A stretch of 63,903 bases of DNA, filler included, from Octopus bimaculoides (lineage: Eukaryota), in NCBI RefSeq assembly GCF_001194135.2. It is 6 parts of 6 records of this genome, joined end to end, with 100 filler letters (N's around TTAATTAATTAA, not from the genome) between each part and the next. Parts side by side here need not be neighbours in the genome. Positions count along the whole stretch, not along the records: positions 40,137 to 55,518 come from NC_068983.1; positions 55,619 to 59,257 come from NC_068991.1; positions 59,358 to 62,299 come from NW_026392584.1; positions 62,400 to 63,903 come from NW_026373568.1; 2 more parts are not named here. One strand, 5' to 3'. Positions 52,615 to 63,903 of the stretch are shown one piece after another. A program made the position numbers and the translations under genes. The first letter of the stretch is position 1. Every line of letters starts with the position of its first letter. The notes below the pieces were generated by a model that saw only the letters and a program-made list of their open reading frames with translations, ran no database searches and was not told where the DNA came from.

Positions 52615-53186
52615 CATCATCATTATTACAAGTGATTATTGATTATTATGGGATTGTTGGAATTAATTTTAATACGCAGAGATTTTTCGTTAAGTTTGCT
52701 ATAATGAGAATATTTACGAGTACTTAACTCTCAAGTTATATCTAATAATTTAATTACACTGAGATTCTTATCTACTGTGACCATTAAGTTTGAATATTTG
52801 AATTTGTTGATAAAGATCTACTGAACAATATTCAGTGTAACTATTCATTCTTCACAAAATGAATAGGCAATCATCATTGTAGAGACTGAAATTATTATAA
52901 TTAGTCACCATTTCAGCTTCCAGGTGTTTATACATATGATACTGAAGACATGAAAATGTCCCATTTTTGCATGTGAGTAAATAAGTATATCTATTACTCC
53001 GCAGATGACAACTGAAAAGATAAATACGCGATGCATACTCTAACTGTGTGTGACAATTGATCATATCTATTTCGATAGTTAATCATATTTTGATACGTTT
53101 ACGAATAATTTTGCTTTGTCACTTCAATCGTTTCTATAATAAGCTAACTTAAACTCATAACATTCAGGAAGCTTCGACTTATACTA

Positions 53187-53229
<43 letters not shown>

Positions 53230-53919
53230 NNNNNNNNNNNNNNNNNNNNNNNNNNNNNNNNNNNNNNNNNNNATATATGTATTGTGTGTGTGTGTATGTG
53301 TTTATAGATGCGTTTATACAGGAAAATGCACATGCTTGCAACCCGTTGAAAATATCTGACTTTTGTAACACCGTCTAAAAGAAAGATATATCAAATGTTT
53401 TACAACATCAATTATTTGCCAGCCTTTGGCAGACATTTATTGGTTATTGTAAACTCGTCGTTGTCATAGCTGTCGCGATTTCCATAACCTTCTTCTTGCA
53501 CAGAAATGAAATGACTTTAATCATCAGCGAAATATCGCACATTCACTACTAAATGTTGGTTTTTTTTATCACGGATGTAGTACTTTATTTTCGAGAATAC
53601 TGTACATTAGTAAGTTTAGCACAGTTATGCAGTTTACAATATATGCAGCGTTCAAATCCAACAGTTTTTCCCAACTTTTTCATCTATATTATCAAATACA
53701 TAATATTATACCTTGAATACTGTGCCGACAGAGATCTCCATTGTCAGCTCACCAGTATGTTATTGTAGCTACTTATTTCAGGGCTAATTTATGCAGTCAA
53801 GAATTGTGACGTCGCTTTGATGTATAGTGATTCGTTTTGTAACAGATTCGGCGTTTGAATACAAAATGTTACATCTTTCCGTCTTCTTCATCTATATTAG
53901 ATATCACACACATACACAC

Positions 53920-54026
53920 ATACTTGCTTCGACAGAATATATACTACAAATGGAACGATACAGAAAAGATTAGTATGACCCCTGGGCCAAAGAAGAAACG
54001 CATATTTGTGAAGCATTACGTTTCTT
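53920..54026 (+). pseudogene. U6: U6 snRNA pseudogene (near full length)
   Basis: TACTTGCTTCGACAGAATATATACTACAAATGGAACGATACAGAAAAGATTAGTATGACCCCTGGGCCAAAGAAGAAACGCATATTTGTGAAGCATT is collinear with U6. The ACAGAGA box reads ACAGAAA and the catalytic AGC reads AGT. Confidence 0.9.
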
Positions 54027-54027
54027 A

Positions 54028-54190
54028 GTCGCAGGTGTGGCTGTATGGTAAGAAACTCCATTCACAACCATGTGTTTCCGGTTTATGTCCCACTGCGTGG
54101 CACCTTCGGCAAGTGTCTTCTTCTATAACGTCGAGTCGACCAAAGACTTATGGGTGGATTTGGTAGGGGAAACTGGAAGAAGCCTGTCGT
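54028..54190 (+). mobile_element. SINE family B copy directly downstream of the U6 pseudogene
   Basis: GTCGCAGGTGTGGCTGTATGGTAAG..TCCCACTGCGTGGCACCTTCGGCAAGTGTCTTCT..GACCAAAGAC..GGAAACTGGAAGAAGCCTGTCG, followed by (AT)n. Confidence 0.85.
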
Positions 54191-55019
54191 ATATATATAT
54201 ATATATNNNNNNNNNNNNNNNNNNNNNNNNNNNNNNNNNNNNNNNNNNNNNNNNNNNNNNNNNNNNNNNNNNNNNNNNNNNNNNNNNNNNNNNNNNNNNN
54301 NNNNNNNNNNNNNNNNNNNNNNNNNNNNNNNNNNNNNNNNNNNNNNNNNNNNNNNNNNNNNNNNNNNNNNNNNNNNNNNNNNNNNNNNNNNNNNNNNNNN
54401 NNNNNNNNNNNNNNNNNNNNNNNNNNNNNNNNNNNNNNNNNNNNNNNNNNNNNNNNNNNNNNNNNNNNNNNNNNNNNNNNNNCATGCCAATCTACTTTCT
54501 GTAATTATTCGTTTAATTACATACCACATACAATACTCTTTATGATGTCTCACGTTTATCGCACATTTAATATTCTCTCTACCAATAAATTAAATTCATC
54601 GAGAAAATCCCAAACGCCTTGCAAGAAAAATCTCAGCTTATAAAAAGAAACTTATTTGTACTAAAATATTTTATCATATATTAGACGAGGTACCCAGCGT
54701 TACTCGGGATTAAATTCACATAGTCTTTATTGTTTTACTTGTTTCACTGATGTAACTGCGGTCATGCTGGAGCACCGCTTTTAGCCGAAAAAATCGATCC
54801 CAGGATTTATTCTTTGTAAGCCTAGTACTTATTCTATCGGTGTTTTTTTGCCAAACCACTAGATATGGGGACGTAAACACGGCAACATCGGCTGTCAAGC
54901 GATGCTGAGGGGTTCAAATACACACACAGAGATATACACGTATATATGACAGTCTTCTTCCATTTTCCGTGTACGAAATCCACTCACAAGGTTTTGGTCG
55001 GCCTGAGGCTTTAGTATAC

Positions 55020-55056
<37 letters not shown>

Positions 55057-55686
55057 GACATATACATGTGGTCAATTGAAAACTCGTCCTTTGCAAACCA
55101 CAATTTTTCGAAACGGTCGTAAGTATATGTATTGACTAAAGATTCATCCTAATTCCTCGAACATCACCGATTCTTGAAGTCTTACCTTGTAACATCGTCA
55201 TCAATTCGTAAAATCTGAATTTTCACACCAGATATATTAATGAGGGTACATTCATATATTATGCGCTTTCATGATTTGTATATTTGTACTTGAATTGATA
55301 CTGTATATGAATATGCCTATGATGTGAAGTGATATAATTTGACAGAAGGACTTAACCTTGAAATCTGTTCTCCATTCTTGCCTTATAGTCTGAAGAGTGG
55401 TAATTAGTTGCGCTGTATTAAAGGATATCCTTTTTATAAACCTCTTATAATTACATATATATATATATACATGTATAAATATACATACATGTATATATAC
55501 AAATATATATATATATATNNNNNNNNNNNNNNNNNNNNNNNNNNNNNNNNNNNNNNNNNNNNTTAATTAATTAANNNNNNNNNNNNNNNNNNNNNNNNNN
55601 NNNNNNNNNNNNNNNNNNACGACATCGACAATGCACGTAATCTCCAAGACATTGGTTACGCTTGAATATATAGATATATATATATC

Positions 55687-55771
<85 letters not shown>

Positions 55772-56060
55772 GTGTGTATGTATGTATATATGTATATATA
55801 CATACATACTTATTCAGGAAGACGTGTAACAAGATTCACTGTGTATGTATGTATGCATGAGTGTACGCATGAATGTATGTATGTATGTATACTCTCTGCA
55901 ACAGAGATCTACATCAGCATCTTAATGCTTTTTACAGGAACAATCAAAGCAAAACAAAGCGAATCGTAAAAACACTATCAAACTAATAACATCTTATTTT
56001 TCTCTCTTGGAGAGAGAAAACATCAAGAGAAATATAGAAAATGGCAATAACAACAAATGA

Positions 56061-56091
<31 letters not shown>

Positions 56092-59000
56092 GTAATAACA
56101 ATATGAACATGATGAACAATGACAACTACAACAACAACAATAACAACAACAATAACAATATATACACACCGACAACAACAACGGCATCGCTCGAGATAAA
56201 ACGGCCCATTACGTCTGCGACACATTGTTGAGATTGATAAAGCTTCTCTCTCCGGTGACACAATTCCAATCATGTATATAATAAAACGAAATTACATTCC
56301 TTACGCCATTTTTCCAACGCTCTCCCTCTGTCTCTCTCTCTCTCTCTCTTACCTCTTTGTCTTCATCTACGTTTATGTGTGTTGCCCACTTTCTCTTCCT
56401 CTCTTACTCTCAACTGTCTCTTGATATATATATATATATAACATACACGCGTGCGTGTATAAATGCGTATATATATATAGATATATANNNNNNNNNNNNN
56501 NNNNNNNNNNNNNNNNNNNNNNNNNNNNNNNNNNNNNNNNNNNNNNNNNNNNNNNNNNNNNNNNNNNNNNNNNNNNNNNNNNNNNNNNNNNNNNNNNNNN
56601 NNNNNNNNNNNNNNNNNNNNNNNNNNNNNNNNNNNNNNNNNNNNNNNNNNNNNNNNNNNNNNNNNNNNNNNNNNNNNNNNNNNNNNNNNNNNNNNNNNNN
56701 NNNNNNNNNNNNNNNNTATATATATGTAATTCTTTGTATGTATTTATATATACATCATACGTACATACACAGATCATTTGTATTTGCAAATATATAGGCA
56801 TATACACATGTTTATATGTCGTACTTTTTGGTATAAAGTTATATATTATTTATATACGTATATACAAACTGAGGGTGAGTGAAACGAGTTTATGTCGATA
56901 TATGTAGAGATATATACAAACTCATATGTATGCCATTAATCACATATACACATGAACATGCACAGACACACACACACACACACACATACGTATGTATGCC
57001 CATGATATCATCATATTGTTATATATCTGAAGTTATACGTGCATGTATTGACATATGAATATGTTTATCTGTATGCATACGTATATATGCTTGTCTCACT
57101 CCTTCTCTCTCTCTCTATCTCTCTTTCTCTCTTTCTCTCTCTCTCTCTCTGTTCACACGGACACACACACATACACTCACACATATATATAATTACATTA
57201 TTTGCATATGTAACCACCAAAGTATTACTCTAAACAGAGAGATATATGTGTGCATGCTTGTGTGAGTGTGTGTGTGCGCACGCATGTATGCACTGATGCG
57301 CGTGTGTGTGTCTGCGTATATCTATAATCATTTGCACACTTTTGTATATATACAAACATACATACAAATATGTTCATGTACACACTTTCACACATACGCT
57401 TACGCATATACATGAAAACCTATACGACCATATACATATATCTATATGTATATATAGACAGGAGCCCTCGTGTTTCCTCTCCATATTATTTTCATTTCTT
57501 TTCTGCGTCCCTATCAAAACAAGTACTTACATCGATACAAAATTGATTTCAGACTGTCGGATCGCAGTTCTATTAGAATTTTAATCATTCTAAATGTCTC
57601 TTGAATAAATATATTTCCTTTATTTATTTTTTTTCTCTGATTCCTGCATCTTTTTCTTGTACCAGCCAATTTTATGCTTGATTTAAAAACAAAAGGGAGT
57701 TACTTTCGTTTTCGTTGTCTGTGCTAACGGCAGCTGTCTGTTTTCGATTGGAAATTAGACTCATGGTGCTATTTTTCTTTGTAGTGATGTCGTTTACAGA
57801 CCAAATGTGTTCATTTCTTCTCTATTAAATGGTTCGTCCAGTTTTTTATTGTTCTTGTTTTTTTTTGCAAGTGCGTTTTTTTTTGTTTTTGTGTGTGTCA
57901 GTGTTTTATTTTACTTCCAAAATCTATTATCAGTGAATTCAAATTTAAATCTGGGGTTGATATAATCGACTATGAAACCCCTTGAAGGCGCGGTGCCACA
58001 CCGAGACTGCTGTCCGATCACTTAATTATGTCTACGAATATCTTTGTATAAATTTATTTCTATATGTGTATGCATATGTGGGTATATATATGTGTGTGTG
58101 TGTGGGGGGTGGTGCGTGTGTGTGTATTATGTGAATATGAATATATATGTATGTGTATACATATAAATATACTCATTTAAATATGATTATATGTGTGTCT
58201 GTGTGTATGTGTGTGTTTGTGTGTGTATCTATGCATTTAAGTCCATTAATTGAAGCAAGCATGTAAATTTGTTTGTGAGCTGTTGTATATACACACACAA
58301 GTCTATACATGTTTGTGTGTATGTGCACTTATTTATATGTACATATGAATGTTTGTATGTAGAGAATTTATGCATGAATCTCCATTTTCTCATGTGACAT
58401 TGGATATTTTCACATTATTTGATGAGCTACTTCGTACCAATCGCTTAGTATTAAAGAATTCTATTCTGAACATATGTAGCATCCCAGGTCAGATCCCTTG
58501 GATCAGTCTTGTTTTATCACAAACAGAATTTCGTGTCAGAGTATTTAGATACCGTATAAATGTCGAACAAGGATTAGATCCATTCACATGCTTTCGCCTG
58601 GAAAATGAGAATAATTTGAGAACCATCAACATGTATTTTTGTACTACAACGTGTGGCCTTTCAACCAAGCAAACAGATAAATTGGTCTGACAATATTGTG
58701 CGCTATTCGAGTTATTAGCAAGGTAAGAAAGAGCGAGAGAAAGAGAGAGGTGAGAGATGTACATCTATGTATCTATGAGAGAGATTGGGAGAGAGGTGCA
58801 TCTATATATTTAAAAGATGTACTACAGATCTCAACGAATGATAGTATTGTAGACCTATTATGTGTTACATAGAACTAAAACCTGCAAATCCTAGGCCCTT
58901 AAGGGAATATAATGATATTTCAGCGTCTTGAGGATAGACTTTCATCACAACAGTCCCAATGTTTCTTTCCAAGGATGAGAATTCCTTTTTAAACACTGCA

Positions 59001-60827
59001 TCTTAGTCACGCGGGATTGGTGAATTATATAAAGGTTGTATGATTACGCTATTAGGCAAGTGCAACTCCTGTAGTCACAGACATCTAAGACAGAAGGACG
59101 GTATAATGTCCCCTCTGTTGTTAGCGTCTAAAGCAGCATTCCACAACAATTAATACCCTCTAGTAAATGTTTTCTTTTTGTACTTCACCCTCTTATTCCC
59201 TCACCCCCTCTTTCTCTCTCTCCCTGTTTTACCTTATATATATATATATATATATATNNNNNNNNNNNNNNNNNNNNNNNNNNNNNNNNNNNNNNNNNNN
59301 NTTAATTAATTAANNNNNNNNNNNNNNNNNNNNNNNNNNNNNNNNNNNNNNNNNNNNATTGGTGAGGAGAAGTTACTGTTACATTTAGGTGAGTGAAGAA
59401 TCTAGAATGTTGGCATCTATTAGAAAAATGTATTTAAAGGTAAAAGCAAAATAAATTTTAAAAATCATTTATGCAAAACAAAAATAACAGTTTAAAATAG
59501 AAAAGTGAGCAATGGGGTTGTACAGGTGATTACTTATTTGTGTAACCTATTTGGAATTAATCCAGCAATGTTAAGTATGAGAAAGTAAAAAAAAAACAAA
59601 AAAAAAACAACAGCCAGTAAAGTAAATGTTGAAATTTTGGAAGCCATNNNNNNNNNNCAGTAAAGTAAATGTTGAAATTTTGGAAGCCATTGAGAACACT
59701 GATAAGGAAAGGGTAGGTTTCAAGATGGTATCATTACAGGTTAACAGATATGAAATTGCTGTTGATGGCTNNNNNNNNNNNNNNNNNNNNNNNNNNNNNN
59801 NNNNNNNNNNNNNNNNNNNNNNNNNNNNNNNNNNNNNNNNNNNNNNNNNNNNNNNNNNNNNNNNNNNNNNNNNNNNNNNNNNNNNNNNNNNNNNNNNNNN
59901 NNNNNNNNNNNNNNNNNNNNNNNNNNNNNNNNNNNNNNNNNNNNNNNNNNNNNNNNNNNNNNNNNNNNNNNNNNNNNNNNNNNNNNNNNNNNNNNNNNNN
60001 NNNNNNNNNNNNNNNNNNNNNNNNNNNNNNNNNNNNNNNNNNNNNNNNNNNNNNNNNNNNNNNNNNNNNNNNNNNNNNNNNNNNNNNNNNNNNNNNNNNN
60101 NNNNNNNNNNNNNNNNNNNNNNNNNNNNNNNNNNNNNNNNNNNNNNNNNNNNNNNNNNNNNNNNNNNNNNNNNNNNNNNNNNNNNNNNNNNNNNNNNNNN
60201 NNNNNNNNNNNNNNNNNNNNNNNNNNNNNNNNNNNNNNNNNNNNNNNNNNNNNNNNNNNNNNNNNNNNNNNNNNNNNNNNNNNNNNNNNNNNNNNNNNNN
60301 NNNNNNNNNNNNNNNTTATTCTAAATTCTGATATAATGCTTCTATTTCACAGCCAATAAGAATTTGCAATTTCTTTGTTTCCTCGTTAGTATTAATGACT
60401 TAAATACATGGATTTCAAATATTGGTGGGAACTAAACNNNNNNNNNNNNNNNNNNNNNNNNNNNNNNNNNNTAAACATATTAAATCAGACACATATTCAT
60501 TGAATCAGACACACAACTGGAAGATCCCACCCCACTGAAATGACTTTTCCATGCATTCGAGGCTTTTGAAAGGCCTGTTTACTTGATAAACTTTGAACTC
60601 ATTTCACAGAGCCCAACTTTCACCCTCAGTACTTTCTTTGTGATCCCCAAGGAATGTGCAGACTCCATATAGAGAAGTACTGCTCTAAAACTCACTGAAA
60701 AGCAGGGTAAGCAAAAGTATTTATGAACTTGTGAAGACACTATTATCATCATCATGATCACCACTGTATCCAGGCCACAGAAAGTTACTTTAATTTTAAT
60801 GCCCCCTGTCCTCTACTTCAATTGCAG

Positions 60828-60882
60828 ATTCTTATGAGAATGTAATTTGTCTAAACCAAATGTCTTATATCTTCAAGGAGGG
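60828..60882 (+). CDS. Candidate internal exon of an unidentified plus-strand gene
   Basis: Pyrimidine-rich CCCCCTGTCCTCTACTTCAATTGCAG acceptor and GG|GTAAGT donor. Only one of the three frames is open (xSYENVICLNQMSYIFKEG). No recognised homology. Confidence 0.35.
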
Positions 60883-63800
60883 GTAAGTGTAAATTGGACA
60901 TTACCGCACTCATGGTACAACTTAAACGAAATGATCTGGTTTGATGTTGAGGAATTGTCTGCATCAATAGTATTCTGCTTGAACTCTACAGAGACACTTT
61001 GCATCCAAAAACATAGTACCCGGATTGTGCAAGCTAAGCTCAATATCTATNNNNNNNNNNNNNNNNNNNNNNNNNNNNNNNNNNNNNNNNNNNNNNNNNN
61101 NNNNNNNNNNNNNNNNNNNNNNNNNNNNNNNNNNNNNNNNNNNNNNNNNNNNNNNNNNNNNNNNNNNNNGCTAAATGCAACAGTAATTTCCATCTAGAAT
61201 CACCACACACAAAGAAAGGAAGAATATATCGAATGACTTGATTCCCAATGTTCTGCACCTTGAATAATAACATAGGATGGCCATGATTGGAATGTCCTTG
61301 ATCATAGTTCTGATTAGGGTTAACTTGTGGAAAAAGNNNNNNNNNNNNNNNNNNNNNNNNNNNNNNNNNNNNNNNNNNNNNNNNNNNNNNNNNNNNNNNN
61401 NNNNNNNNNNNNNNNNNNNNNNNNNNNNNNNNNNNNNNNNNNNNNNNNNNNNNNNNNNNNNNNNNNNNNNNNNNNNNNNNNNNNNNNNNNNNNNNNNNNN
61501 NNNNNNNNNNNNNNNNNNNNNNNNNNNNNNNNNNNNNNNNNNNNNNNNNNNNNNNNNNNNNNNNNNNNNNNNNNNNNNNNNNNNNNNNNNNNNNNNNNNN
61601 NNNNNNNNNNNNNNNNNNNNNNNNNNNNNNNNNNNNNNNNNNNNNNNNNNNNNNNNNNNNNNNNNNNNNNNNNNNNNNNNNNNNNNNNNNNNNNNNNNNN
61701 NNNNNNNNNNNNNNNNNNNNNNNNNNNNNNNNNNNNNNNNNNNNNNNNNNNNNNNNNNNNNNNNNNNNNNNNNNNNNNNNNNNNNNNNNNNNNNNNNNNN
61801 NNNNNNNNNNNNNNNNNNNNNNNNNNNNNNNNNNNNNNNNNNNNNNNNNNNNNNNNNNNNNNNNNNNNNNNNNNNNNNNNNNNNNNNNNNNNNNNNNNNN
61901 NNNNNNNNNNNNNNNNNNNNNNNNNNNNNNNNNNNNNNNNNNNNNNNNNNNNNNNNNNNNNNNNNNNNNNNNNNNNNNNNNNNNNNNNNNNNNNNNNNNN
62001 NNNNNNNNNNNNNNNNNNNNNNNNNNNNNNNNNNNNNNNNNNNNNNNNNNNNNNNNNNNNNNNNNNNNNNNNNNNNNNNNNNNNNACATGCTGGGATGTA
62101 AAGTGGATGCCATTATGACGGATGTCCAGCCATAGGCACCATGCTAAAATAGATATAGGTGCACAATTCATTTTCCACACCTGATGTATCCTGCCAAATC
62201 ATCCTACTCGTGCCAGTATGGATAGTTTATGTTAAACGAGGACGACGACGATGAAGATGTCAAACAAAACACTTCATCGACTTTAGTTACATCTCGTTAN
62301 NNNNNNNNNNNNNNNNNNNNNNNNNNNNNNNNNNNNNNNNNNNTTAATTAATTAANNNNNNNNNNNNNNNNNNNNNNNNNNNNNNNNNNNNNNNNNNNNA
62401 CTTAAGTGGCAATATACTACACTTTATCGTGCAGTTACTGTTAATACATATATACACAGGGAGAGAGAGAAATGATGGGCTTCTTTCAGTTTCTGTCTTC
62501 CAGATCCACTCACAAGGCTTTGATTGGCCTGTAGCTATAGTAGAAGACACTTTCCCAAGGGGGTCACATAGTGGGACTGAACCCAGAACCATGTGGTTGG
62601 GAAGCAAACTATTACCACANNNNNNNNNNNNNNNNNNNNNNNNNNNNNNNNNNNNNNNNNNNNNNNNNNNNNNNNNNNNNNGGCTTTATTCATTGTTTAA
62701 AAATGCTGTGTTTACACATACACTGTGTAAGTCATAATCAACTTTTGATTGCAAAACAATTGGGAGGACATCAGCAAGATTCCCTTGCTGTTGTAATAGG
62801 AGCNNNNNNNNNNNNNNNNNNNNNNNNNNNNNNNNNNNNNNNNNNNNNNNNNNNNNNNNNNNNNNNNNNNAAAAAAAAAATGACGAAAATTTGAATACCT
62901 ACAGTTTTGATGCATTATAGATGTACAAATGTTATTAAAAGGTAATTGTCTTTGTGACACTTTAGGAGGGTATGGCATTATTTCTGAATAGCAAACAGCC
63001 TGACAAAATAGCTGGTTCGTGACAGCAGTGATATATGTTATCTGTCAGATATTTTAATAGCTTAATTTGCTGAACAAACAGTTACAAGGAGAAAAATTCT
63101 AATGTTATATCTGTAAGAAAAAAGTTATTACCACTTTTATTGGAAAACTCAAGCTATTCAGAGTTAATATAAAAATGTCATGAGTTGGTGTGGTTTTTCA
63201 GAACCTGGTTACTATTGACTTGAAAATGTAATAATAATGATAATTCTTTCTAATTTTGGGACATGGCCAGCGATTTTGAGTGGGTGTGTGTGTCAAGTTG
63301 ATTACATAAACTTCAGCATCTGACTGCTAGCTTTTCTTATATCAACCCTCAATGTCTGACACTTTAGTGCTAGTGGGCGACTGGAATGACATCTTGAATG
63401 CACATATGGGTTGTGTGGGGCTAGCAGATGTGAAAGGGAGAGTATAAAAATCTTGCAAAGCTGCTCAGTCATTTCCCATTGGCTGACATTTACTGATTTG
63501 ATTTCCCAAATATGCCAATGTGGACATGGAGACAAACATCATCAAATAATCCAAATTGTATCTAGAGAGAGTATTCTGCAGGCCAGCAGATAAGGGTAGC
63601 CCAAGGAGATCACAATCCAAAATTGTCAGCTATACAGACCACAAACTTGCGATCTATACAGTCAGTCTTCTTAGGCTGTAGAGACAGGGTCCTAGTTACA
63701 AGAAGATCAGTGCATCTATCCTAGCACACCAGGTTTACAAAGGTTGGATTACAGAACTAATTATGAGGGGATTGATGGGGACAATTGTCAAAAACTGATG

Positions 63801-63903
63801 GGGGTTGACACTGTAAAGAGCTAAATGTTTTTGGAACATGGCCAGCAATTTTGAGGGGAGGGTCTCAATTTGATTACATCAACTTCAGTGCTTGACTGCT
63901 ACT

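Overview
Repeat-rich animal genomic DNA from a draft assembly with many N gaps. The SINE families, dense microsatellites and LINE/Tc1 remnants strongly suggest an octopus (inference from repeat sequences). Most six-frame ORFs are microsatellite or gap artefacts. The main content is two minus-strand genes in tight tandem. Gene A has three phase-compatible exons (15989-15858, 10406-10118, 9427-8820) encoding a 342-aa secreted protein. It comprises a signal peptide, a compact LPMO (AA15-like) domain with both copper-binding histidines apparently replaced, a His/Tyr/Pro-rich linker, two six-Cys repeats and a charged tail. Gene B is visible only as a large terminal exon (>=20110 to 18013) encoding a TTTP-repeat mucin-like stalk that ends in a ~120-aa Arg-rich, Cys-containing tail; its 5' exons were not found. 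The rest is decayed mobile DNA (CR1-like, RTE-like, R4-like, Penelope-like, Tc1/mariner, a long-TIR MITE, many SINEs), a U6 snRNA pseudogene abutting a SINE, and weak plus-strand exon candidates near 59-61 kb. Family assignments rest on recalled motifs, not on database searches.
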